From an uncultured Planctomycetaceae bacterium (GTDB lineage: Bacteria; Planctomycetota; Planctomycetia; Pirellulales; PALSA-1355), in assembly GCA_963785305.1 (NCBI GenBank), contig CAWAUV010000009.1, positions 477,762-541,761 on the forward strand: a stretch of 64,000 nt of DNA, given 5' to 3'. Shown piece after piece: positions 32,299 to 43,701 of the stretch. Both the position numbers and the translations under genes were made by a program. Position 1 is the first letter of the stretch; each line of letters starts with the position of its first letter. The notes under the pieces were generated by a model. The model saw only the letters and a program-made list of their open reading frames with translations, made no database searches and was not told the DNA's origin.

Positions 32299-33078
32299 TC
32301 AAAACGGAAACTCGGCGTCGAGCTTTGCCGCGGAGAGTTCCACCAAGAAGGGCGCGAGCCTTTCCACCAGGGCCTTCATCAACCGGTCGCCTTTCTCGGC
32401 TGTCGCCGCGCACGGGTTGCCCGCGCCGCTGTTGGTCGTCAGCAGATGCCACGGTCGCGTGATCGACACCCAACCGCGATTCACCGCCTCGAAACGCGTC
32501 GGGCGCTTCGCGCCGTCGTCGGCCGAGAGGGCGCCGTCGGGTCGCCGGGCCACGAGCTCCGGAAAAAACGCGAGGCCAAACGAGGTCTCCATTTCGCCCG
32601 CATGATCGTCGCGCTCCGCGAACAGTTCGCGATCGATATCGGCAAGCACTTGATACCAATTGCAAAGAAACAGCTTTGCCCCGTCGCGACCATACAATTC
32701 GCGAAGCACCGGCTTGAGATCGTTGCCGCCGTGGCTGTTGAGCAGCACGATTTTGTGGATGCCGTGATGGGTGAGCGAATCGACCAGATCGCGAACCACG
32801 GCCAAGAGCGTCGAGGGGTTGAGATTCATCGCCAGTGGAAACGCCATTTGATTCGTCTCCGTGCCGTAGGGAATCGTCGGCAAGAGAATCACCTTGGCCC
32901 CGTGCTCGTGGGCCGCGGCACAAATGTGTTCGCCGACCGTTTCGGCTTCGAAGCAATCCGTGCCGTAGGGCAAGTGCAGGTTGTGCGGCTCGGTGGCGCC
33001 CAAGGGCAGCACGGCCACCTCGAAGCGAGTGCCCTTCACGAGACCGTAATTCGTTTCCGCGAGTTTCCAGGGGCGCAT
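32299..33078 (-). CDS. Creatininase family amidohydrolase
   Basis: LPLGATEPHNLHLPYGTD, NSHGGN, DHAGEMETS. Confidence 0.92.
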   Translation of the reverse strand: MRPWKLAETNYGLVKGTRFEVAVLPLGATEPHNLHLPYGTDCFEAETVGEHICAAAHEHGAKVILLPTIPYGTETNQMAFPLAMNLNPSTLLAVVRDLVDSLTHHGIHKIVLLNSHGGNDLKPVLRELYGRDGAKLFLCNWYQVLADIDRELFAERDDHAGEMETSFGLAFFPELVARRPDGALSADDGAKRPTRFEAVNRGWVSITRPWHLLTTNSGAGNPCAATAEKGDRLMKALVERLAPFLVELSAAKLDAEFPF

Positions 33079-33415
33079 GGCGAGCATCGCTTTCCAAAAC
33101 AAAGAATTGGCAAATCGGGCAAGATCAACGATTTCCACGGTTCATCTCGGACCCGGCATCGGCCGCCGTCGCATTCCCGGCGCGGCCGTGTCCCCAAAGT
33201 CTCCCTGTTTTCCCGCTCAAATGCCAACGAAAAAGCTAGGCGCCTCGCGGCGCGTCGGCGGGACGCCGCGCGACCTCGGGCCAGTTCGCGCGCCATTTTC
33301 CTCGCCCGGGCGGAATTCGCGAGGGCGATTTTGCGTCTATAATGAAACGGTCTCCGCCGTTCAGCCAGGCGACGACCAGGTCGGTTCTCTCGCGCAACCC
33401 CTAATAACACGCGCC

Positions 33416-36400
33416 ATGCGAAAAACATCGCGACCGGAAATCGTCTCCCGTTCGGCGGGGCGGTTCGTCGAATACGAGCAGTTCATCGACGAGCAGCTCG
33501 AAAAGACGAGCGGTCAGGTGCGCGGCGTCGACGCGGTCGGCGCCCTGCTCACGCTGCTGGCTGGCGTGATCGCTTTTTTCATCGTGGCGGCGCTCGCCGA
33601 TCATTGGCTAATTCCCGGCGGGCTCGGTTTTTGGGGACGCCTCGCCGCTTGCACGCTCCTGGTCGGCGGTATGGCCGCCTACATCGTGCGCGAGATTTGG
33701 CCGCTGCTCGTCCACCGCATCAATCCGGTCTACGCCGCCCAGACGATCGAGCGAGGCGCCCCTTCGCTCAAAAATGGGCTCGTCAATTTTCTGTTGCTCA
33801 AGAATCATCGGGCCGCCATCTCCGAGCCGGTCTTTCAGGCGATCGAGGCCCAGGCCGCCGAGGGACTCGTGGCCACGCCGGTCGAGTCCTCGGTCGATCG
33901 CTCGCGGCTCATCAAGATCGGCTCGCTGCTCGCGGCGCTCCTGCTCGTCGGCGGGCTCTATAAAATCGTCTCGCCGAAAGATCCGTTCCGCACCATCGGC
34001 CGAGTCGTGGCGCCGTGGGCCGATATTCTACCGCCCACGCGGGTGATGATTCTCGGCGTCGACCCCGGCTCGATCAAGGCGTTTCGCGGCGATCAGGTTG
34101 GTGTCGTGGCACAAGTGCGCGGCATGCCTCGCGATGGCCAAGCCCGGCTTATCTATAGCACCGCCGATGCGCAGGCGGTCAATCAAACCATCGAGCTGGT
34201 TCCATCGCCCGAGGGACTGAGCTATTCCTGCAAGCTGCCGGCCGAACCGACCGGCGTGCAGCAAGACCTGCGCTACCATATCGAAGCCGGCGACGCGCGT
34301 TCGGCCGACTTCACGATCACCATGATCGCGGCGCCCACGATCATGGTCGACTCGCTCGACTATGTGTACCCGGAGTATACAGGACTCTCGCCGCAACATG
34401 TGCGGCGCCAGGGCGATATCAAAGGTCTCGAAGGCGCCCGGGTCACGATCCATGCGTTGGCCAACCAGCCGATCGCGTCGGCCGGCATCGACTTTGGCGC
34501 CAATGGCCGCGAGGACAAGGCGCTGGTCGTGCGGCGTGATGCATCTGGCGCGGCGACCAAGGGCTACGAGGCGACCGGTGAATTTACGTTGGCTCTTGCC
34601 GACGATCGCAAGGAGCCGCAATACGCGAATTATCAGTTGCTCTTTCGCAACGACGACGGCAAGCAGAATCCGCATCCGGTGGCGCATCGCATCGAAGTGA
34701 CTCTCGACCTGCCGCCGGAGGTCGAATTCCTGGGACCCAAGAGCACGGAGCTCGATGTGCCGGCCGGCGCGTCGGTGGGCATGGAGATCGTGGCCAGCGA
34801 TCCCGACTTCGGCTTGCGGCGCGTGAAGCTCTTGGCCGCGGTCGATGGACATGAAATCTACGAAAAAACACTGCTCGACGAACCGCATCGCGGCCAGTTC
34901 ACCAAGAAGATTCGCTTCGCGACGGCCCGCACCACATTGAAGAAAGGCGACGTGGTCGAATATTGGGCCGTGGCCGAAGATGTGAAGACGCCCGAAGCCA
35001 ATCGCGTCGAAACCCCGCGGCGCCGGCTTCGCATCGTCTCGCCCGGCGAACGAACCGGTGGAGACCAACTGGCGGGCAAAGACGACGACGTGCGGCTCGA
35101 AAACCCGAAGAACGATCCGGCGAACAAGAATCCGCAAGACGACGACTCCGAGCCAGCCGACCGACGCGATAACGAATCACGACAAAACACCGGGAAGGGC
35201 GCCGATTCGAAGAACAACACGGGGCGAGATTCCGAACCGCGGGGCGACAACGCTCCCGATGCCCAGCGTCGCCCCGAGCAAGGCTCGCGCGACCCGAACT
35301 CCAAGCGACAACCGCCCGCCGGCGCCAATTCCGAAGATCGCGACCAGCGTCCCCAAGGCGACGAGCCCCCGCGGGGCGATCAAGCGTCGGACGATGCCCA
35401 AGATGAAAAGCCGTCGGGCGATAAGCAATCCGGCGATAAACAATCCGGGTCTGGGGGCCAGGACGGTATGCAGCCCTCGGGCGGCAAGTCGCAAGGCAAA
35501 TCGGGCGACGATAATACAAACGGAAAGGATTCCGGTGGAAAGGATGCGGGCGAAAAGGGCGCCGAGGAGAAGAGTGGAAACTCCAAGGCCGACGATTCCC
35601 AATCCGGCGGGTCTGGCGGCGCGGGCGGCGAGAGCGGCGAAAAAGCTGGCGGCGATCAGGCCGGCGGCGCCAAGGGCGGCGGCTCGAAGAGTGGCGGGGA
35701 AAAGGGTAACAGTGCCCAAAGCGGCGACAGGAGCGGCGAGGAAGGTTCGTCGGACTCCGGTTCCGAGGGTGGCGACAAGCAATCCGGCTCGAGCGGCAAA
35801 GGCTCGAAAAGTGGACAGAAACGTGTTGGAAGCGGCGGGAAAAGCGACTCCTCGGATTCCCGCGACAGTGCCCCCGCCGCCAGCGATACCCCCGTCGCCA
35901 GCGATGGCGCCGACGACGGCAGCGCCATCGAACGCATTCTCGAACATCAAGAAAAACAGCAAGGCTCGGCCGGCAAAGGCGGGGCTTCGCGAGATCGGCA
36001 AAATCAGCGCGAAAGCGGCGCTAAGGCCAACGGCGATAAGGCGAATGGCGAGAGGGCCAGCGGTGATAAATCAACTGGCGGTCAAGCCGATCGCGATCCG
36101 AGCCGCGATCATCAGGATGGCGGCGATAAGGCCCCTGGCGAGAATCGCGAAGACGCCGCCGCCGGTCAGGGTCAAGACTCTGCTGAACCGCCCCAAGGCC
36201 AGCGCGGCAAAGGTCCCAAGCCGGCAAACGCCAAGAAACGAAACCCGTCGGGTCAGCCCAACGCGGCCGACGAGAACCCTTCCGGCGACATGACGCCCAA
36301 CGACGGGGCCGGAGAGAAAGGCGGCGAAAAATCGGGCGAACCCCAGGGCGATAAGTCTGGCGACAAAGCGGGCAATCCACCGGGCGGTAAACCCGGCGAG

Positions 36401-37874
36401 AACAAGCCCGGCGAGAACAAGCCCGGCGATAAGCAATCAGGCGCCAAACAGTCTGGCGATGAGTCATCGGGAAGCGAGGCATCGGGCGGCGGCATGCCCG
36501 ATTCGCAAAAGCCGGGCGAAAAATCCGGTGGCCAACAGGGTGGGGCCGGCTCGAAGAGCGACCGTCAGGGTCAGGCCCAACAATCTCCCGGCCCCGGCAA
36601 AAAGAGCTCCGCCGCCAGTGGCGACCAATCCGACGCCAATGCCCGCGACGGCGCCGACCGATCGCCCGATGACAAAGGCTCGCAAGGCGCCGAGCCCAAG
36701 GGCGGCGGCGAAGACATGAAAGGCCCGCCCGAAGCCCAAGGCCCAAATCAGGCCCCCAATCAGTCGAGCAATCGAGGCGGCAAGGATCAGCAGAACGGAA
36801 AGCAAGAGTCCCAGTCGCCGAGCAATAGCGAGAAGCAATCAAACGCCAAGGGGCAGGGGCAAAATTCCGAAGGTGATCGCTCGGGCAACGGTGGCGGCGC
36901 CGGCGGCGGGGAATCGGGCAAGAAACCCGGCAAGGGCGGACCCGGCGATCACACCGCCGCCGACGAAGGCGCTGGGCAAGCGGATTCTCCCGGCCCCGGC
37001 GAAGACAGCAATCGCCCCGGCCAAGACAAAGCCTCGAGCCGGCCCACCGGCAACCCCGGCTCGCAGTCCGGCCGCGGCTCGCGGCGAGGCAGCGGCGACC
37101 AACAAGACCCCGGCGCTCAAAACAAACCTGGCGAATCGCCCGCAGGCCAGCAGCCGAGCGGCGAGAAACCCCTGGGCGATCAACCAAGCGGCAAGCAGCC
37201 AAGCGATCAACAATCCAAGAGTCAACAGCCCAAAGGCGCCGAGAGCGACCAAGATCGCGGCGCTCCAAAGGGCTCGGATTCCGCGAAGAATCAAGAGTCC
37301 GCGCCGAACAAGGAGCCCGCCCAGGGCCAAGGCCCCGCCACTCCTGGCTCGGGTCGCTCTCAAGGCGGCAAGCCCGGCGCTCCGGGAGCGCCCGGCGCTG
37401 GCGATGGCGGCGAAATCGATCGCGACGCGCCCGCCGCTCCACCCAGCGACACCGCGCCCGATGTGGGCGAAGCCCCGCCTGGCGACGACCCGAACTTGGC
37501 CTATGCGCAAAGCAACCGATCTGGCCCTCGAGCGGCTGAAAGATCAAATGGCTCGCGGCAAAACCGATCAGGCCTTGCTCGACAAGCTCGGCTGGAGTCG
37601 GCAAGATTTGGAAAAGTTCGTCGACCGCTGGGAACGCATGCGGAGCGAAGCCAACAAGCACGGTGCGCGGGGAGAAGCCGCCCGGCGCGAACTCGACGAC
37701 ACCTTGCGAAGCCTGGGCCTGCGGCCGCGCGGCGTGGCCACCAAGGCGACACGGGGGCGCGACGACCGCTCGCATGGGCTCAAGGAGTCGCGCCGCTCGG
37801 CGCCGCCGCCCGAATATGCCGAGCAGTTCAAAGCGTACACCGAGGGAGCCTCGCGCGGCGGGGATGGCAAGTGA
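33416..37874 (+). CDS. Large membrane-anchored protein with Ig-like region and very long G/S/D/K/Q low-complexity tail (DUF4175-like); frameshift near 37510
   Basis: N-terminal TM helices, PSLKNGLVN, DPDFGLRRV, then a disordered tail. The C-terminus (ATDLALERLK...PPPEYAEQFKAY) is in another frame and its stop overlaps the nadB start. Confidence 0.75.
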
Positions 37875-39523
37875 CGCGTCTCGATTTTCCCACGCCGCGA
37901 TATCTGGTTGCCTTCTCGCCCAAGCGGATGCCCCACCGGTTTACCGATGTGCTCATCATCGGCGGCGGCTTGGCCGGCCTGCGGGCCGCCATGGCGGTCG
38001 ACCCGGCGCTGTCGGTGCTGGTGGTCTCGAAAAGCGCGCTGCCGCAATCGAATAGCGCCTATGCCCAGGGCGGCATCGCCGGAGTGATGGACCCCGAAGA
38101 CCGATTCGAGGACCACATCGCCGACACGCTCACCGCCGGGTGCGGGCTGTGCGATGAGAATGTGGTGGCGATGGTGGTGCGCGAAGCGCCGCGGCGCATC
38201 TCGGAACTGATCGACTGGGGCGTGCATTTCGATCAAGCCGCCGGCGCTCTGGCCCTGGGCCGCGAGGGTGGTCATAGCCATCATCGCATCGTGCATGCGC
38301 TGGGCGACGCCACGGGCAAGGAAGTGATGCGCGTCGTGATCGAGCGGGCCGTGCATCAGCCGAATGTCGAAGTGTGGGAAAACGCCTTCACCCTCGACCT
38401 GCTCACGCACGACGGCGCGTGCCGTGGAGCGCTCGTCTGGTCGCCCACCCACGGCAAGACGCTCGTGTGGGCCAAGCAAACGATTCTCTGCACCGGCGGC
38501 GCCGGGCAAATCTATCGCGAAACCACGAATCCCGAAGTCGCCACTGGCGATGGGCTCGCCATGGGCTATCGCGCCGGGGCCGAGCTTCGCGACATGGAAT
38601 TCATGCAATTCCATCCCACGGTGCTCTATATCGCCGGATCGAGCCGCAACCTCATTACCGAAGCCATGCGCGGCGAAGGCGCCTGGCTTGTCGATCGCGC
38701 GGGCCATCGCTTCATGCCCGACTTCGATCCTCGCGCCGAGCTCGCCCCGCGCGATATCGTGAGCCGCGCGATCGTGGCCCAAATGGAAAAAACTCGCCAT
38801 CCAAACGTGTATCTCGACCTCAGCCACGTGACCCACGTCGATGTGCGCGCCCGCTTTCCGGGCATTGCGGCCATGTGCGCCGAGTTTGGCATCGATATCG
38901 CAAGGGATTGGATTCCGGTTCGGCCCGGAGCGCATTACATGGTGGGTGGCCTGACGATCGATCTCGAGGGCCGCACCACATTACCCGGCCTATGGGCGGC
39001 GGGCGAAGCGTCGTCGAGCGGGTTGCATGGCGCCAATCGTCTCGCCTCGAACAGCTTGCTCGAGGGATTGGTCTATGGAGCAAGGGCCGGCGCCGGCGCG
39101 GCGGCGGCGGCCCGGCAAATGCCCGACACCTTCAAAGTGTTACGGTTGGCCAATGAGCCGGTCGATGCGCCGTTCGAGCCGCTCAACTTGGCCGATATTC
39201 GCAATTCGCTCAAGAGCCTGATGTGGCGCTCCGTGGGAGTGCGGCGCGAGGGGGTCGAACTGGAAGAGGCCGCCGAAAACATCGATCAGTGGAGCCGCTA
39301 TGTGCTCTCGCGGCAGTTTCGGCATCCCGAGGGATGGGAACTGCAAAACATGCTCACGACCGCGCGGCTGATGATCGCCGCCGCCGACGAGCGAAAGGAA
39401 ACGCGTGGCGTGCATTTTCGCCTGGACTACCCCCTGCTTCGCGACGACGAACGCTGCCGCAGGATATTATTTCGCCGAGCAGACGATCTCTTCCTCGACT
39501 CGAGCGCTCCCGCCAATGCTTGA
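37871..39523 (+). CDS. nadB: L-aspartate oxidase
   Basis: IGGGLAG, SAYAQGGIA, REGGHS..RIVH, EFMQFHPT, ELAPRDIVSRAI, GLHGANRLASNSLLE, ETRGVHFR. Confidence 0.95.
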   Translation: MTRLDFPTPRYLVAFSPKRMPHRFTDVLIIGGGLAGLRAAMAVDPALSVLVVSKSALPQSNSAYAQGGIAGVMDPEDRFEDHIADTLTAGCGLCDENVVAMVVREAPRRISELIDWGVHFDQAAGALALGREGGHSHHRIVHALGDATGKEVMRVVIERAVHQPNVEVWENAFTLDLLTHDGACRGALVWSPTHGKTLVWAKQTILCTGGAGQIYRETTNPEVATGDGLAMGYRAGAELRDMEFMQFHPTVLYIAGSSRNLITEAMRGEGAWLVDRAGHRFMPDFDPRAELAPRDIVSRAIVAQMEKTRHPNVYLDLSHVTHVDVRARFPGIAAMCAEFGIDIARDWIPVRPGAHYMVGGLTIDLEGRTTLPGLWAAGEASSSGLHGANRLASNSLLEGLVYGARAGAGAAAAARQMPDTFKVLRLANEPVDAPFEPLNLADIRNSLKSLMWRSVGVRREGVELEEAAENIDQWSRYVLSRQFRHPEGWELQNMLTTARLMIAAADERKETRGVHFRLDYPLLRDDERCRRILFRRADDLFLDSSAPANA

Positions 39524-39675
39524 CCCTGGAACTGGAGCTCGCGCGTCATTTTCACGCCGCCATGCGGCCCGCGGCGCCGCCTTCATCACGCCGAGCACGC
39601 GCGCGGCCGGCGTGGTCGGAGTCGGTAGGCGCGCCCGGTGTCGTGTCGGCGACCAGCTCCGTGCCAGGAAACAAA

Positions 39676-40141
39676 ATGTCTCGACATACGCTTACCGCCT
39701 CGCTCCGGCTGCCGCTCGCGCGAGCAAGTTTTCGCTTTTTTTGGCGATGCCGAGAACTTGCAAGCGATTACACCGCCCGAACTGCATTTTCGCATTCTCA
39801 CCCCGCCGCCGATCACGATGGCCGAGGGCGCGATCATCGACTACGCGATTCACCTTTGGGGCTTCCAGATGAAATGGCGCACTCGAATCGCGACTTGGAA
39901 CCCGCCCGATGTGTTCGTCGATGAACAAGTTCGCGGCCCGTATCGGCTTTGGGTCCATACACATCGTTTCACCGACGCGCCCGATGGCGGCACGACGATC
40001 GAAGACCATGTCGACTATGAGTTGCCACTGGCGCCGCTGGGCGACTTGGCCCATCCGCTCGTGCGGCGGCAGCTTGCCCGCATCTTCAGCTATCGCGAAC
40101 GACGGGTGCGCGAGCTGTTGCGGGGCCCCGGCGGCGCCTGA
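39676..40141 (+). CDS. SRPBCC family protein; frameshift near 39720
   Basis: [41 protein letters not shown]. Confidence 0.85.
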
Positions 40142-40196
40142 GTGGCGGCGGGGCGCGACCTGGGCGCGCGATTTTAGCGGGTGATCTTGTCGCGAT

Positions 40197-41595
40197 TCAA
40201 AAACCGGCCAGCAGCGATTCGAGCTCGCGGCGATATCCAAAATGCTCGACTTCGAGCGCATGACGCGCCGAGCGCACATAATGTATTCCGCCTGAAAGAT
40301 CGCGTGGCGCCGCGACCAGCCGGCGGAACCGCGCGGCCCGGGCCGGCTCATGATCGCGAGCCGCCAGATAACGGGCGATTAGTTGTGTCTGCAAGTCGAC
40401 CAGGCCCCAGGCGCCGCTGTCGGGCTGGATCATGCCGGCGACGAACAGCCGCTCATGGCCGGGGTGGAAGCAATGCAAGAATAGCCGCGGGCAGCCATCG
40501 CGCCAGTTGAGATGCCGGTTGTCGATAAAGGGAAAGCTGAGCCGATAACCGGTGGCGTAGACAATGAGGTCGATCGCCTCGGAGCTGCCGTCGACAAACC
40601 GCGCCGTGTGCCCATCGAGCGATGCGATGTCGGGCTTCACGCGAATCTTGCCGTGGCCCACAAAGTAGAGCATTCTGCGAATTGATGATCGGGTGCGTTT
40701 CGAATAGCCGATGATCGGGCCGCGGCAATCCGAATCTCCAAGGCTCGCCGAGCGCGATCTTGACCATGCGTCGGGCCAGGGCTCGCCGCAACCAGAGAGG
40801 CAATCGCCAGCGGAGCAGCCGCTCGCCGCATTCATCGACCGGTTTGCCGTTGAGAAACTTGGGCAGGTAGTGATACCCGCGCCGTGCGCTATGCACCGCC
40901 AAGGCGGCATGTTGGGCCGCTTCGACGGCGATATCGCATCCCGAGTTGCCGGCGCCGACCACGAGCACTCGCCGCCCGGCGAGCATGTCCGAGGTTTTGA
41001 AGTCGCGCGAATGGATCGCCTCGCCTCGCCACTCGCCGGGATATTCCGGGCGGAACGGGTCCCAGTGATGGCCATTGGCGATCACCACGCCGTCGAACCC
41101 GTGGGTTCGGCCATCGGCCAGCGTGACATGCCAAGGGGAGTCGTTGCTGGAATCCGCGGCGAGATCGCCGGGCGCGCGACGCGGTTCGTCGCTCGCTTCG
41201 CCACGGGTCCCACCCGAGGGTTCGCCGCGGGGTTCGATGCGCGAGACCTTCGTATGGAATTGAATCGCTTCGCGCAAATGGAAGCGCTCGGCATAGGCTC
41301 GTAGGTAGGCGAGCGCTTGCTCGTGGCTGGGGTAGGCCGGAAAGTCGGCCGGCATGGGAAAGTCGGTGTATTCGGTCAGCCGCTTCGACGAGATCAAGTG
41401 CGTGGATGCGTGGACACTGCTGGCCGGCGAGCCGAAATACCAATTGCCGCCCACATCGTCTTGTTGCTCGAAACAGACGACGCGCAGCCCCGCCGTGCGC
41501 AGATTTTTCACCGCCGCCAAACCCGAGGGACCGGCGCCCACGACACAATAGCTGGGCTCACGATGATCGCTGGGCTCGGATGCGTGCATGGGCAT
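40197..41595 (-). CDS. Flavin-containing monooxygenase; frameshift near 40675
   Basis: VVGAGPSG, DVGGNW, ANGHHW, HSRDFK, VGAGNSGCDIA, YATGY. Confidence 0.9.
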
Positions 41596-41769
41596 TAGCG
41601 AGGTTTGCGAATTCCGAATCGGCGCGGGAAGCCACAAAATTCGATGCTGGCGAAAAACCACGACAAACGAATTTGGCCGCGATTTGTCGTATAACGCTTT
41701 AGACGAAGCAATCTTTCAGGGGTGCGGATGCGGAACTTCACACCTTGGCGCCGATGGGGAGGCATTGAT

Positions 41770-42432
41770 TTAGGCAATCTCCCGGCAACGTGGATAATTC
41801 GGGCAGCCCCAGAACTGCTTTCCGACATTTTGGCCTTTCGTCGCGGTGCGACGCAACATGGCGACGCCGCACTTCGAGCAGATCGGAGTTTGCCCCGACG
41901 CCAAATCCATCGGCCGGGGCTTGATTTCAGGAGTGGTTCGGCCCGCCATGTGCTTCGATAATCGGTCGCTTATTTGATGAACGTCATACTTGGCTTGCGC
42001 GGGAAACCGCAGCAATGTCAATCCGGCGGCCTCGAACACGCTATTGACGAACCCATCGCGGTCCAACCGATCCGCTCTCGCATGGCTTTTATCGTCGAGT
42101 TCGACGCCAAAGAGCGGCGTCATCGTCTCGGGGCAGCAGGCAAGAAAATCGACGTGCTTGCGGTCGATCTTGTTCCGGAACGATTTATTCACATTAGGCT
42201 TAGACACAAAGAACACATCCCCGAGATTGACCTTTGGGCAAATGACCGCCCGGTCCTTGATTGCCAGTTTCAAGACACAATAAAAAGAAAACTCGGCTTT
42301 CGATAGAAAATCGTCGCGAACGCGATAGGGCCGCGGCGCACGGACGTTCTTTGCCCGAGCGATGCCATCGAATCGAAATCCCAAAAGGCGGAAAATAAGC
42401 GTCAAACACCCCGGTGGCTGCCCTTGATTCAT
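41770..42432 (-). CDS. DUF2726 domain protein with C-terminal topoisomerase-type C4 zinc finger
   Basis: FLSKAEFSFY, KHVDF, VELDDKSH, RDGFVN; CSKCG...FWGCPNYPRC. Confidence 0.85.
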   Translation of the reverse strand: MNQGQPPGCLTLIFRLLGFRFDGIARAKNVRAPRPYRVRDDFLSKAEFSFYCVLKLAIKDRAVICPKVNLGDVFFVSKPNVNKSFRNKIDRKHVDFLACCPETMTPLFGVELDDKSHARADRLDRDGFVNSVFEAAGLTLLRFPAQAKYDVHQISDRLSKHMAGRTTPEIKPRPMDLASGQTPICSKCGVAMLRRTATKGQNVGKQFWGCPNYPRCREIA

Positions 42433-42518
42433 GCTGCTCTTTCAAAAGTCTCGGCGAGATGCACGGTGTTCGTGTTGGCGTCGCTCCATTGGTTCACGAA
42501 CAGTGTAATGGCGGCGAT

Positions 42519-43643
42519 TTAATGCTCGCCTAAGTCCGCGATCAGTTCGGCGATGCGCTGGGCGGCGTGGCCGTCGCCGTAGGGGTTTTGGGTGATCAGG
42601 CGGCGGCGGTATTCGGCTTCGTCGGTCAGCAATCGGCTCACGCTCTCCACGATTCGCCGAACATCCGTGCCCACCAACTCCGCGGCGCCGGCTGCCACGG
42701 CCTCGGGCCGCTCGGTGGTGTCGCGCATCACCAGCACCGGTTTGCCGAGCGACGGGGCTTCTTCTTGCACGCCGCCCGAATCGGTGAGGATCACATGTGC
42801 GCGATCCATCAGCCACACAAACTCGGCATAGCCGGCTGGTTCGGCGAGCCACACATTCGACTTGCCGTCCAGAAGGCGATGCGCCGGTTCGCGCACTCGG
42901 GGGTTCAGATGCACCGGGTAGAGAAACACCGTGTCGCCGTGGCGGCCGGCTAGTTCCGCGATTGCTTGGCAAATGTTCTCGAAGCCCGAGCCGAAGTTCT
43001 CGCGGCGGTGGCCGGTGATGAGCACCATCGGGCGCTCGCCGAGCGAGGCGTATTTGGTTTGCCAGCGTTCGCCGCCGGCCCGTTCGCGCTCGACGGCCCA
43101 AAGCAGCGCGTCGATCACGGTATTGCCGGTCACATGCACCGTGTCGGCGGCGGCGCCCTCGCGGAGCAAGTTGTCGGCGGCGCCGCGAGTCGGCGCGCAA
43201 TGCACGGCGGCCGTCAAACTCGTGACGCGGCGGTTGAGCTCCTCGGGCCAGGGCGCGTGCAAGTCGCCGGTGCGCAGGCCGGCTTCGACATGCACCAGCG
43301 GAGTGCGACGATAAAAGGCCGCCAGCGAAGCCGCCATGACCGTGGTCGTGTCGCCCTGGGCGACGATGCAGTCGGGCCGATGTTCGGCCAAGACCCGGTC
43401 CACGCCCGCCAAACACCGCGCCGCGAACTCGGCCAGCGATTGGTCGGGCCGCATCAGGTCGAGATCCACTTGGGGCTTGAGCCCGAAATACGCATTTACT
43501 TGCTCGAGCATCTCGCGATGCTGGCCGGTCGACACGACGATCGGCTCGATGCGCGCATGGCGCTCGCAGGCTTGCACGACCGGCGCCATTTTGATCGCCT
43601 CGGGCCGGGTGCCATACACCAGCATGGCGCGAATTTTTTTCAT
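42519..43643 (-). CDS. wecB: UDP-N-acetylglucosamine 2-epimerase (non-hydrolysing)
   Basis: GTRPEAIKMAP, TGQHREML, QGDTTT, HVEAGLRT, TGHRREN, TDSGGVQEEAP. Confidence 0.95.
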   Translation of the reverse strand: MKKIRAMLVYGTRPEAIKMAPVVQACERHARIEPIVVSTGQHREMLEQVNAYFGLKPQVDLDLMRPDQSLAEFAARCLAGVDRVLAEHRPDCIVAQGDTTTVMAASLAAFYRRTPLVHVEAGLRTGDLHAPWPEELNRRVTSLTAAVHCAPTRGAADNLLREGAAADTVHVTGNTVIDALLWAVERERAGGERWQTKYASLGERPMVLITGHRRENFGSGFENICQAIAELAGRHGDTVFLYPVHLNPRVREPAHRLLDGKSNVWLAEPAGYAEFVWLMDRAHVILTDSGGVQEEAPSLGKPVLVMRDTTERPEAVAAGAAELVGTDVRRIVESVSRLLTDEAEYRRRLITQNPYGDGHAAQRIAELIADLGEH

Positions 43644-43701
43644 CTGCGGCGGTTTCAGTTCATGGGGCGCCTGGTGAAGCGTTCAACAGGCTGGTGAGCG
43701 T

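Noticed and set aside
33077..39523. 2148-aa ORF suggesting a giant fusion to L-aspartate oxidase
   Set aside because: A frameshift near 37510 joins two genes. The upstream protein's real C-terminus is in another frame and stops at 37874, overlapping the nadB start.
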